IMG/VR virus record: IMGVR_UViG_3300048995_000011
Span: 26,794-90,793 of that record
Length of the DNA: 64,000 nt
Strand: one strand, 5' to 3'
Source: a virus
Taxonomy: Duplodnaviria > Caudoviricetes
Shown: piece after piece, positions 37,812 through 46,313 of the stretch
Layout: every line of letters starts with the position of its first letter
Position numbering within the stretch: the first letter of the stretch is position 1
Notes under the pieces: generated by a model
The model's input: only the letters and a program-made list of their open reading frames with translations
What the model was told of the DNA's origin: nothing
Database searches by the model: none
Program-made: the position numbers and the translations under genes

Positions 37812-38189
37812 GTGTGCGTGTCCACCCGTCGAGTCTTCGCGGAACTACACCGGGCCCAGAGCCTCGCGCGCCTCGTCACCGACCATCCCACCACCCTCCA
37901 GGCCAGCGCCAACAGTCGCACCGAGGTCGTCCGGAGGGGCCGTGTCGTCGGGGTACTGCACGATCCCGACCTCGCTGAATTCCTCGACTGCGCCCCCGTA
38001 CTCCTGCGTTGCCTCGCCGAAGCGCTCGCCGCAGTGCACGCCGACCACCGCCCCCGACACGGCCACTGCACCAACTGTGGCCAGCCGGCGCCGTGCAGCA
38101 CCCGCCGACTCCTCGAGCACCACCTCATCCGCCCGAGCAGAGGAACAACCAGATGCTCCCCACGCGTTTTGAGTCCGCCACGCAGGTAG
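37812..38189 (+). CDS. hypothetical protein with HxP..CxxC..PC motif
   Basis: GGAG RBS; HADHRPRHGHCTNCGQPAPCST. Confidence 0.55.
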   Translation: MCVSTRRVFAELHRAQSLARLVTDHPTTLQASANSRTEVVRRGRVVGVLHDPDLAEFLDCAPVLLRCLAEALAAVHADHRPRHGHCTNCGQPAPCSTRRLLEHHLIRPSRGTTRCSPRVLSPPRR

Positions 38190-38302
38190 CCGACCACATC
38201 GCCGTCACCGACCCGAAGTGGCGCAGACGACTCCTGGTCGTCGCCCTCTCCGCGGCCGCCGTGCTGGTGGCCGTGCCCGTGTTCCGGTTCTTCTTCGCCT
38301 GA
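38153..38302 (+). CDS. small single-TM protein
   Basis: GAGGA RBS; RRRLLVVALSAAAVLVAVPVF. Confidence 0.55.
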   Translation: MLPTRFESATQVADHIAVTDPKWRRRLLVVALSAAAVLVAVPVFRFFFA

Positions 38303-38333
38303 AATCCCGCCACAACATTGAAGGGGGGCGTTG

Positions 38334-38510
38334 ATGCGTGCCCTGATCCTGACCACCGCTATCGACATCGCCCACACCTCCGGTGCCGCGGACATCGACT
38401 ATGACCTGGTCGCCGCTCTCGCCGGTGTCAAAGCCGAGTGGGTTGAGTGGCTGTTCCCCGACCTCGATGTGTTGCGTGCTCTCGCCGCCGAACCGCAGCC
38501 CGCCTACTAA
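38334..38510 (+). CDS. small protein resembling a TetR-type HTH N-terminus
   Basis: LILTTAIDIA...YDLVAALAGVKAEWVEWLF. Confidence 0.45.
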   Translation: MRALILTTAIDIAHTSGAADIDYDLVAALAGVKAEWVEWLFPDLDVLRALAAEPQPAY

Positions 38511-38528
38511 CACGCCCTTGGGGGTTTG

Positions 38529-38951
38529 ATGCGTGACACCTGTGTTGATGTTGTCCGCGAAACCCAGTACCTCGTCGTCGACGACGATTCGGTGCGTCAG
38601 GTTCAGCGGCGCGGACCGGAGTTTCAACGCAAACCCGAGGTGATGGCGTCGGCGCGGATCCTCGAGGTGTGCGAGGACGTGTGCATGGACGCCCTGGCAC
38701 CCATCTTGCAGCCGGGGGAGTGTTCCCTGGGGTCCTTGCAGGCCGCGCACTGGGGGCCCATCGCCATCGGGGCGCTACTCACCATCCGGGTCCAGTGCAC
38801 TGTGTTCGACGGATGCCGGAGCCTGTGGGAGGTGGTAGTCCATGATGGGCATGAGATCGTCTACCAGGGAACGTTGGGGTTTGTGGTGAAGAACCAGGCC
38901 CGCTTTGAGCGGACACGGCTACGGCCGAAACTCAAGACGTCGGCGCGCTAG
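38529..38951 (+). CDS. hotdog-fold thioesterase, FlK (fluoroacetyl-CoA thioesterase)-like
   Basis: VMASARILEVCE...PGECSLG...HWGPIAIG...V.V.DG.E.VYQG matches the FlK-family layout. Confidence 0.7.
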   Translation: MRDTCVDVVRETQYLVVDDDSVRQVQRRGPEFQRKPEVMASARILEVCEDVCMDALAPILQPGECSLGSLQAAHWGPIAIGALLTIRVQCTVFDGCRSLWEVVVHDGHEIVYQGTLGFVVKNQARFERTRLRPKLKTSAR

Positions 38952-39121
38952 TTGCCCCCGCCCCATTCGTGATCGGAGTTGGCGTAGTACTCGGCGTAGA
39001 CCAGCTCGGGGTCTTCACCATTGCTTGCCCGCCGTAGGGCCTTCAGCAGCTCGACGCCAGAGATTGTCCACCAACCTAGGGCGTCGGAATCCAGAGGCTC
39101 GCTGCCCTCCGGGGTGGGCAT
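38948..39121 (-). CDS. hypothetical protein
   Basis: MPTPEGSEPLDSDALGWWTISG...; coupled to the upstream minus-strand gene. Confidence 0.55.
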   Translation of the reverse strand: MPTPEGSEPLDSDALGWWTISGVELLKALRRASNGEDPELVYAEYYANSDHEWGGGN

Positions 39122-39414
39122 TACCGGCCACCTCCAGGTTCGCCATCGTCGGCGTGAAGGAGTCCAGCCTCAGCGAGCACCTGGGCGATCTCGACCAGGG
39201 ATGCGGGCCGGAAACCGGGGTATCCATCGGATGCCTGGAAGGTGATGAACGCGCCCATCTGGACGCGATCGGACATTGGGCGCTCCAGGTAGTAGGGGTT
39301 CGTCTCGTCATCGTCAGGCTTGTCGATGTCCCAGTCGGGGTTCTTCGGGCCGACATTCGACGTGTATGCCTCGGCGAGCGCTTCGGCCGCACGTAGGACC
39401 ATTTGGCCGCTCAC
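39121..39414 (-). CDS. hypothetical protein
   Basis: GGAG RBS; overlaps both neighbours. Confidence 0.55.
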   Translation of the reverse strand: MSGQMVLRAAEALAEAYTSNVGPKNPDWDIDKPDDDETNPYYLERPMSDRVQMGAFITFQASDGYPGFRPASLVEIAQVLAEAGLLHADDGEPGGGR

Positions 39415-39593
39415 TTCTTCTCCTTCGCCTTGGTGCCTTGCTTGGCTCTCTTGTCGTCCCGTGGGACAGCTCGAACCGCCGACGCCGGATACCCCTTCTC
39501 GATGCCGTGGTTGTTGAGGATGTGGCGGGCACGGTCGAGGGACACCCCCCAGTAGTCGGCTACCTGTCGGGTGGACCAGAGTTCCTCCGTCAC
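39411..39593 (-). CDS. small HTH protein
   Basis: LWSTRQVADYWGVSLDRARHIL. Confidence 0.65.
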   Translation of the reverse strand: MTEELWSTRQVADYWGVSLDRARHILNNHGIEKGYPASAVRAVPRDDKRAKQGTKAKEKK

Positions 39594-39777
39594 AGGCGCT
39601 GATCCTCCGGGCACGCGTCCAGGGGCACGATCGGTTCAACAACGGGCTCGATCCCTGGTACCAGCGGAACCGGGTTGATCCACGACCACTCGATCAGGGC
39701 TTGCTCATCGTCGGTCACTTGCTCTCCTCGATCTCTTCGGGGTCGACTACGCGGACCATGTCCGGGGGCGCCGTGCG

Positions 39778-40032
39778 TCAGATGCGCTCACTGCCCCGCA
39801 GGGACGCCTCCTCGAGCGCGGCGGCCAGCAGCGTCGCCACCTGCTCGGACACGTCCCGGCCGTCGGCATCCTCGATGGTGCCGATGTGGATCTCGAAGTC
39901 ACCGTTGTTGCCGATGACCCACCAGCCGGCGGGGATCGTCTGGGTCGGCTCGTCCTCGTAGGCCGTGCCGGGTGCGACGTGATGGGCGAGGACGTGCCCG
40001 GACAGGGCCAGGGCGGGGATCTCGAAGGTCAT
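39778..40032 (-). CDS. hypothetical protein
   Basis: GAGGAG RBS before MTFEIPAL. Confidence 0.6.
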   Translation of the reverse strand: MTFEIPALALSGHVLAHHVAPGTAYEDEPTQTIPAGWWVIGNNGDFEIHIGTIEDADGRDVSEQVATLLAAALEEASLRGSERI

Positions 40033-40183
40033 CGGTGCTGCTCTCCTCATGTTGTCTGGGGGTGCGATCGGTCCGACGACCCACTCGCGGACCTCGTTTA
40101 TCACGGTCGGCAGCGCGGCAGCGAAGTCGCGTAGGCCCCGCCACCGCGAACGGCCGCGGCAACTCTGAGAGTTGGTGGCCATG

Positions 40184-40657
40184 TCAGACGACCTCGGTGA
40201 GGGTGCCGTTGTTGTGTGCTAGAGACGCTGCCTCGGCCCAGGGGATGGCCTCGTCGTAGGAGAGAAGGGCCTCTCCGCGGCTCTTCCGCGCCGACCACGC
40301 CCAACGGTCGCCGACTCGGTGGAGGTAAGGAGCGTCGACGGACTCGTCAAGGAGGAGGATGACGTCCGCGGGAGGCTCGTCGGATGCGGAGGTGTAGATG
40401 CGGGCCGGGGGGTCCACCACTCGCAGCTCTTCGCGAGCACAGGCGGTGGCGTGGGAGGCTTCGCGGAGGGACCCCGCGAGCGGCACTGGTATCGCGGAGA
40501 CCCCGAGGGCATCGCTGACGAGCGAGACGATCCCACTCGTCAGGGAGCCCTGGTCCTGGCTTCCCCAGAACGCATCCTCGGCCAGCACTTCCGCCTTGGC
40601 CCGGATCTCGTCGTAGTCGATGGTCACTGAGGGCTCCGATCTTGTGGTCGCTGCCAT
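40184..40657 (-). CDS. hypothetical protein
   Basis: 157 aa ORF leading the leftward operon. Confidence 0.6.
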   Translation of the reverse strand: MAATTRSEPSVTIDYDEIRAKAEVLAEDAFWGSQDQGSLTSGIVSLVSDALGVSAIPVPLAGSLREASHATACAREELRVVDPPARIYTSASDEPPADVILLLDESVDAPYLHRVGDRWAWSARKSRGEALLSYDEAIPWAEAASLAHNNGTLTEVV

Positions 40658-40722
40658 TAGCCATGATACGCCTGTTTCGGTCGCATAGCAATCGAAAACC
40701 CCAGGTCAGAGGCGGTAAAGGA

Positions 40723-40880
40723 TTGTCCCGGTGCTGCCGCTTCGGGATAGGCAGCACCGGGACAACCAGACACCCAGTCGGCGAGATCAAGTCTCAAACC
40801 GACCGGGCGGAACCCCCACCACCCACGGGAGGGGGAAAGTGGAACCGTCCCGGCGCTGGGGGGCAACAGCGCCGGGACGG
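40723..40880. repeat. two related perfect hairpins (16 bp and 14 bp stems)
   Basis: TTGTCCCGGTGCTGCC/GGCAGCACCGGGACAA and CCGTCCCGGCGCTG/CAGCGCCGGGACGG. Confidence 0.7.
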
Positions 40881-40882
40881 CG

Positions 40883-41200
40883 CTAGGGGGTCCGGACGAC
40901 GGGTCGGGGGGCGCCCGCCGCCCGGACCATCCCGGCAGCACCAGGCATGTGTGGCACGCCAACTACCGGGGGATGGGAGAGCGCAGACAGGCACGACGGG
41001 CAACCGCCCAGAACGCCGTCCGCCTGCGCCCGAAGATCTGTTTTCGCATGGGTGCCGGGGTGGCCGATCGGACGGGCCACCAGCCGGCGAGAGTCCCGAA
41101 ACTCGGCGGCGGGGTAGATGTGCAGCAGACCGTCGCCAGCCACGCGGTGAACGAGAGTCGTCCTCGGGTCCGCGTAGGCCCCCTGCGCCTGCGCGGCCAT
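40883..41200 (-). CDS. hypothetical protein with H...CxxC motif
   Basis: Coupled to the zinc-finger gene (TGATG); LLHIYP...CPSC. Confidence 0.5.
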   Translation of the reverse strand: MAAQAQGAYADPRTTLVHRVAGDGLLHIYPAAEFRDSRRLVARPIGHPGTHAKTDLRAQADGVLGGCPSCLSALSHPPVVGVPHMPGAAGMVRAAGAPRPVVRTP

Positions 41201-41421
41201 CACAACGCACCAACGAACTGCGGAATGTGTTCCATCTGACGCCACACGCTGTCGCAGTCCCTGCAGGTCCTGTGCAGCCAGTTCGCTCCGAGCTGCTTGT
41301 CGTCCGAGTCCTGCACGGTGACATCGGCACCGCACAGGGCCCGGAACTCGTCTCCGGAACGCGGCGCAGCGGCAGCATCGAGAGCGTGCCGCTTGCCCCC
41401 AGCTTGCTGCCACATCAACAT
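41200..41421 (-). CDS. zinc-finger protein (zf-HC3-like)
   Basis: WQQAGGKRHA...ALCG...TCRDC; divergent from the XRE-DUF5753 gene. Confidence 0.75.
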   Translation of the reverse strand: MLMWQQAGGKRHALDAAAAPRSGDEFRALCGADVTVQDSDDKQLGANWLHRTCRDCDSVWRQMEHIPQFVGAL

Positions 41422-41541
41422 GAGCCGTCGCCTCCGTGTTGCCGTTGTTGCCACCGTAGCCCGTGACCGGCAACACGTCTAGAGGGAAGGGTGCGATCGG
41501 GGCCTATATGCAGTAACGATCCAGCACGCTATGCTGTTGCC

Positions 41542-42390
41542 ATGGCTGGCAACATCCCCAAGGTGCAGCAAATCGGCGCGGAAATGCGCCGCGCCCGCGA
41601 AGACAGCGGCCTCACCCAACAAGAGGTTGCCGACCGTCTCGGTGTCCACAAGGGCACCGTCAGCAAGTGGGAAAGTGGCACCAGGACCGTCAAATCCAAG
41701 GAGTTGGCCCGCTACCTCGCCGAGGTCGGCGCCCCACCCGAACTGATCGCCGACCTCATGGAAGCCGCCCAAAACCCTGACGAGTCACCGTGGGTTGCCA
41801 TGGGGATGCCCGACCAGCAACGGCAGCTCGCCGCACTGCTGGAGGTGGAGCGCACGGCGACAGTCATCACCACCGTGTCCCCGCTCCTCATCCCCGGCCT
41901 GTTGCAAACGTCGGAGTATGCGCGGGCCATCATGGTCGCTGCAGACGTGCCCCCCAGCGAGATCGAAACCCGGGTCGCTGTGCGCGTCGGCCGCCGTGAC
42001 GCCATCATGCGACGCCGTAACCCCGCGAAGCTGCGGGCATTCATGTGGGAACCTGTGCTCCGGCAGATCATCGGCAGCCCCGACGTGATGGCGGACCAGC
42101 TCAAGGCGCTCCTGGACTACGGGGCGCTCGGCAACGTGGACTTGCGGGTCATCACCACGGCCTGCCCCTGGCACCCCGGTTTGGAGGGCCCGTTCAGTGT
42201 GGCCCAGTTCGCTGACCAGGGCGCACGGGTGCACCTGGAGAACCGGATCTCGGGGATGTTCCTGCACGACGGGGACGACGTCGAGAAGTATGAGACGGCC
42301 CTGGATAGGGTGCGAGAGGTCGCGATGAGCCCCACGGAGTCGGCGGGGCTCATCGCGGATGTCATCAACGGCAAGGAGACGACGGAATGA
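41542..42390 (+). CDS. XRE HTH plus DUF5753 transcriptional regulator (Scr1-like)
   Basis: N-terminal HTH; LIPGLLQTSEYARA, GSPDVMADQL and GPFSV motifs. Confidence 0.9.
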   Translation: MAGNIPKVQQIGAEMRRAREDSGLTQQEVADRLGVHKGTVSKWESGTRTVKSKELARYLAEVGAPPELIADLMEAAQNPDESPWVAMGMPDQQRQLAALLEVERTATVITTVSPLLIPGLLQTSEYARAIMVAADVPPSEIETRVAVRVGRRDAIMRRRNPAKLRAFMWEPVLRQIIGSPDVMADQLKALLDYGALGNVDLRVITTACPWHPGLEGPFSVAQFADQGARVHLENRISGMFLHDGDDVEKYETALDRVREVAMSPTESAGLIADVINGKETTE

Positions 42391-42575
42391 CCATACCGGA
42401 GGAGCCAACGCGTGTGCGCGGCTCTTGGCGGAAGTCCAGCTACAGCGCGAACACAGAGAACTGTGTCGCGGTGCGGCAGGTCGAGGACGTGGAAGTGATG
42501 GACACGAAGAACCCGGATGGCGGTGTGCTGTCGGTGCAGCCGGCGGCGTGGAAGGCGCTACTCGGCAGCCTGTAG
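42387..42575 (+). CDS. DUF397 protein (Scr2/BldB-like)
   Basis: WRKSSYSA..ENCVAV...DTKNPDGGVL...AWKALL. Confidence 0.9.
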   Translation: MTIPEEPTRVRGSWRKSSYSANTENCVAVRQVEDVEVMDTKNPDGGVLSVQPAAWKALLGSL

Positions 42576-42589
42576 CCACCCCGGCAGCA

Positions 42590-42628
42590 AAGGGGGCCCT
42601 CGACACGATATGCGTCGAGGGCCCCCTT
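42590..42628 (+). terminator. stem-loop terminator after DUF397
   Basis: AAGGGGGCCCTCGAC/GTCGAGGGCCCCCTT, 15 bp stem. Confidence 0.65.
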
Positions 42629-42870
42629 GCCGTGCCGGGCGCCCGATCAACCCCCACGTGGGGGACGCTCACTCGGGTGGTCTTCGTTGAGCCGCGAAAC
42701 GTTACGGGCGGAAGATCGGCTACCTGTCGCCTGCAGCGGGCCGGGGCAACGCCACTGGCGTGGGCTCCCGGGGCTCGGACCGGTGGACACCTACGCGCGG
42801 TTCCCCAATCACGCGTGGCCCCCGGTTCGGGTCCGCCCACTGGCACCACTGGCCTTCAACTGTCACAAAT

Positions 42871-42960
42871 CAACGGGCGCCAACGGGAATCCACGGGGTC
42901 TAACGGGAACTCACGAACGACAATCCCGCAGCAACAGGGCCTAACTGGCACTAACGGGAA
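42871..42960. repeat. integrase arm-type site repeats
   Basis: (C/T)AACGGG-like units in about 10 bp phase at 42871, 42881, 42891, 42901 and 42952. Confidence 0.65.
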
Positions 42961-42974
42961 AGCGGCACTGTATC

Positions 42975-43010
42975 CCGGAGGGTTCTTGGTTCGAGTCCAA
43001 GCGGGGGAGC
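42975..43010 (+). other. attP core, duplicating the 3' half of a host tRNA (probably tRNA-Asn)
   Basis: CCGGAGGGTTCTTGGTTCGAGTCCAAGCGGGGGAGC contains a T arm and acceptor 3' strand but has no 5' half; adjacent to the integrase. Confidence 0.8.
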
Positions 43011-43079
43011 AAAAGCCCAGGTCAATGGCCTGGGCTTCGTGCTTACAAGGGTGTTTTTCGCCCCAGTGACACGAAACTG

Positions 43080-44282
43080 TCACTTTTGACCGGCGCCGAA
43101 CATGCCCTCCAACGCGGCGGCGGCCTCCGGGTTCGCTATCCGCTTCGCCCGGTAATGCTTCTCCACCACCGCCGGGGTGTTCCCCAACTGATCAGCGATC
43201 GCCGTCGTCGGCAACCCCGCCTCGTCGAGCACGGTGGTCACCGTCTTGCGGAACACGTGGCTGGTGACCCACTCGTACCCGCACTCGTCGAACGCCTCCC
43301 GCAACCGGTGCTGCAGGTTGGAAGGATCGGACCACGTTCCCCGCCAACTCGGGAACAGAGGGCCGCCGCCGGAGGCGAGCTTGCGGCGCCGCCACATTGC
43401 TACCGCCCACTCCGGCACCTCCAGGAGTAACCCCACCTGGTCGCCCTTGCGCAACGGCTGCCGCGCCAAGCCCTCACCGGGGATGCGGACAATGTGGAAC
43501 CCGACAGACACGGTCCGGGCCTTCGGATCCACATCCTCCCCGTCCAGCGCCATCAACTCCCCGAGCCGGATCCCGGTCGACAGCATCGCCTGCACCAGAT
43601 CGGGCAAGTCCTCCCACACCTGCGCACGCCGCCCCAACTGGCGCCCCTTCGCATCCACCTGGCGGGTTTGGGCCAGCTCGCGGAGACGGGCGATGAGGTC
43701 CATGCGCTGCTCCAACGTCATGGCCTTCACTGTCTTGCGGGTTTTGCCGGCGAGCCGGGCCGCGGAACGCACGGGGTTGACGTCCATCGCCCCGTGCCGC
43801 ACCGCGTACCCGCACACCCCTGACACCACTGCCCGCACACCGTGGGCGTTGTCGTAGCTGGTCTGATCCCTCACCCTCTTGAGCAGGCCCTCAATGGTCC
43901 GTACGGACCGTTCGAGTTCCCGCGCCCGCAACTCACCCAGAGCGGGGAGCACCCAGTTCTTCAGATGCGACTGGTAAATCCGGGCCGTGTTCAGTGACCC
44001 GGCGCCCAGCTTCGCGTCGGCCTTTAGATCGGCGTGCCACAACTGGGCGATGTGGGCGACACGGGAGTCGCCGTTGATGTCCTCACCCCTGGCTTCTGTG
44101 GCGAGCTCGACCATGGCCGACTTCAACGCGTTCTCAGCCTTGGGCTTGGTGGTGCGGTAGCGGCGCACCCGCTTCACGCTGCCGTCGGCCATGCGGAACT
44201 TGGCGCTCGCCTCGTACTGGCGGCCCACCTGCCTGGCCCTGATCTTGCCGTAGGTGCCGATCTCCAGGGGTGGACGAGCCAT
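43080..44282 (-). CDS. int: tyrosine integrase
   Basis: STGIRLGELMAL (R), SHVFRK (HxxR), ADQLGN and C-terminal HY catalytic residues. Confidence 0.95.
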   Translation of the reverse strand: MARPPLEIGTYGKIRARQVGRQYEASAKFRMADGSVKRVRRYRTTKPKAENALKSAMVELATEARGEDINGDSRVAHIAQLWHADLKADAKLGAGSLNTARIYQSHLKNWVLPALGELRARELERSVRTIEGLLKRVRDQTSYDNAHGVRAVVSGVCGYAVRHGAMDVNPVRSAARLAGKTRKTVKAMTLEQRMDLIARLRELAQTRQVDAKGRQLGRRAQVWEDLPDLVQAMLSTGIRLGELMALDGEDVDPKARTVSVGFHIVRIPGEGLARQPLRKGDQVGLLLEVPEWAVAMWRRRKLASGGGPLFPSWRGTWSDPSNLQHRLREAFDECGYEWVTSHVFRKTVTTVLDEAGLPTTAIADQLGNTPAVVEKHYRAKRIANPEAAAALEGMFGAGQK

Positions 44283-44284
44283 AG

Positions 44285-44590
44285 TCAGTTCCTTACTGAG
44301 TGCAGCCTGTGGTTGGAGTGTTCAAGAGCGGCAAGGTACTGGTCCTTCTTGGATGGTGTCTTTCCTTCGATGCGTTTCACGATGCACTGGGTGCAAGCCA
44401 CTATCACGGTCGCCAACCACGTCACGATCATCACTGCGAGTGATGCGTTGAATGCGACGATGGGCCAGTCGCGTAAGAGTGTGATCGACCCAACCGTGAC
44501 CATGGCGAGTGCGGTGATCGTCATTAGTGCCTTCGCGAGCTTGCTGAGCTGGCGGTACACCAAGCGCCGGTAGTCCGTTCGCCGAGTCAA
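44285..44590 (-). CDS. two-TM membrane protein between repressor and integrase
   Basis: Two hydrophobic segments; GGAGGA RBS; visibly lower GC. Confidence 0.65.
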   Translation of the reverse strand: MTRRTDYRRLVYRQLSKLAKALMTITALAMVTVGSITLLRDWPIVAFNASLAVMIVTWLATVIVACTQCIVKRIEGKTPSKKDQYLAALEHSNHRLHSVRN

Positions 44591-44691
44591 AGGTTCCTCC
44601 TGCGGATGCCATGCGCGGTCCCCAATCGATCACCTTGTCGAAGTGGATCTTTGTGGTATTACGCACGCTTCGTAGTCACCACCAGGATGGA

Positions 44692-45213
44692 CTAGCGAAC
44701 ATTTCGATCAGGTCCCCCTGCGTGGCTCGCTCTACTCTCAGTATCTTGCGGGTGGCGCAATTCCCGCCACACCCGGCGAAGCTCCATCGCCCACTCCACC
44801 CACTGATTCGCGGCCTCCTTGCCGGCCCGCTCACCAGAGCGCTCCGTCACCGCATGCTCAATCCCGGCGGCAACACTGGCGACCTGACGCATTGACATTT
44901 CGATGACCGCCAGCTCCGCCGCGTCGAAGGTTCTGACCTGCGGCCGTGACGGTGCAGCCGGAGCGGGTAGCGGGGATACTACGCCCGCCTCGGGTAGCGG
45001 TCTTCCTTCGAGGACGGCGTCCACCGTGCCGTGGGGGACACGGTAGGCCTCTTCCAGGCCCCGTTTCCGGTCCTCGGGGATGTCTGTCTTCCCGTCCCGG
45101 ATGCGTCGCACGGTCTGCGCGGTGACACCCATGGCGACGGCGATCTGTTCCCACGTCATGTCGCCACGCTGGTCGGTCATCCAGTCTTGTAGTCGTTTGC
45201 GGTCAGCTTGCAT
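44692..45213 (-). CDS. immunity repressor (XRE HTH)
   Basis: MTWEQIAVAMGVTAQTVRRIRDGK HTH; divergent from cro; start uncertain. Confidence 0.75.
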   Translation of the reverse strand: MQADRKRLQDWMTDQRGDMTWEQIAVAMGVTAQTVRRIRDGKTDIPEDRKRGLEEAYRVPHGTVDAVLEGRPLPEAGVVSPLPAPAAPSRPQVRTFDAAELAVIEMSMRQVASVAAGIEHAVTERSGERAGKEAANQWVEWAMELRRVWRELRHPQDTESRASHAGGPDRNVR

Positions 45214-45293
45214 CAGTGCCCCCGTTATGAACATTTTCGAACATTGTGGCGCATGCGGGGGTGACAGACAAGGCGCACTCAATCACCGTGGGC

Positions 45294-45382
45294 GATCACG
45301 ACATAGATGATCGGTCACGAGAACATGAAGATGTGTCATGGGTATTGCCATGACCGATCACGAGGGTTAATGTTCGGTCATG
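45294..45382. promoter_or_regulatory. repressor/cro intergenic operator repeats
   Basis: TGATCGGTCA (45308) and TGACCGATCA (45351) are an inverted pair; TCGGTCATG at 45374. Confidence 0.55.
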
Positions 45383-45619
45383 CCACGTTTGACTGGTCGG
45401 TTCGACGGCCCCGCACTCCACAGGATCCGCGTGGACGCAGGGCTGTCCCGCCCCGCGCTCGCAGCTAAATGCGCACAGGCAGGCCACACCGTCACCCCGC
45501 AGCACATCGCCCGCCTCGAAGGGGGCAACCACGACCCCCGTGAAGCCACCCTCAAAGCACTCGCCACCGCGCTGCACGTCGACGTACACGATCTACTCGT
45601 CAACGCGGGCGTGGCATGA
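45380..45619 (+). CDS. cro: Cro-like HTH protein
   Basis: RIRVDAGLSRPALAAKC...HIARLEGGNHDPREATLKALATAL. Confidence 0.8.
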   Translation: MPRLTGRFDGPALHRIRVDAGLSRPALAAKCAQAGHTVTPQHIARLEGGNHDPREATLKALATALHVDVHDLLVNAGVA

Positions 45620-45849
45620 ACACCCCAGAAGTCCCCGACGAGGACACCACAGCGACCGTCACGCCACTGCCACGACACGCGTGGACCGTGCGGGAAGTCG
45701 GCCAGATCCTCGGCATCCCCTACAAGGCCGCATTGGACCTCGTCCACAGCGGGGAACTGGGGCACATCCGGGCCGGCCGGTACTACCTCGTGCCGGACGC
45801 GGAGATCCACCGCTGGCTGGCATCAGCCCTCAAGGAGGACACCGCTTAA
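45616..45849 (+). CDS. xis: excisionase (HTH_17)
   Basis: AWTVREVGQILGIPYKAALDLVHSGELGHIRAGRYYLVP. Confidence 0.8.
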   Translation: MNTPEVPDEDTTATVTPLPRHAWTVREVGQILGIPYKAALDLVHSGELGHIRAGRYYLVPDAEIHRWLASALKEDTA

Positions 45850-45934
45850 CGAGGGGTGCCCCCAGTGCGCGCAACACCAGGGGCACCCAGCCACCAGATC
45901 CACACCGAAAGTATCAACCCAACAGGAGATCCAG

Positions 45935-46101
45935 TGACAAACGTCAGTATGGCAGACACCCCCGATCCGGGTGGTGTGTCGACCAAGCCTGAACCCACTC
46001 CGGTCCTGACCGACACGATCGCCTTCTTGGCGGGTGTCGAGGGCGGGCCGAGTGCCGAGACGCTGCGGGAGATCGCAGCCGGGGTCGGCGACGAGCGATG
46101 A
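45935..46101 (+). CDS. hypothetical protein
   Basis: AGGAG RBS before GTG. Confidence 0.45.
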
Positions 46102-46313
46102 CTCTCGAGAACCCGCTGGCGCACCCGATCGTGCGCCGTGAGCTGGCCCGCCAGTACGCGTTCGGTCGCGACCACGCCACCCACGATCCCGGGCAGATCT
46201 TGTTCTCGGACGTCTTCGCCGACGCTGCGATGGGTGTCCCCTCCTACCAGTTCGAGGAGCTCTACGACCAGATGCTGGCGGAGCGCAACGAGCGCGAGCG
46301 GAAGGCTGCGTGA
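46098..46313 (+). CDS. hypothetical protein
   Basis: Coupled ORF. Confidence 0.6.
   Translation: MTLENPLAHPIVRRELARQYAFGRDHATHDPGQILFSDVFADAAMGVPSYQFEELYDQMLAERNERERKAA

Noticed and set aside
42975-43010. Possible complete tRNA gene
   Set aside because: The 5' half (acceptor 5' strand, D arm, anticodon) is absent, so it is better explained as the attP core.
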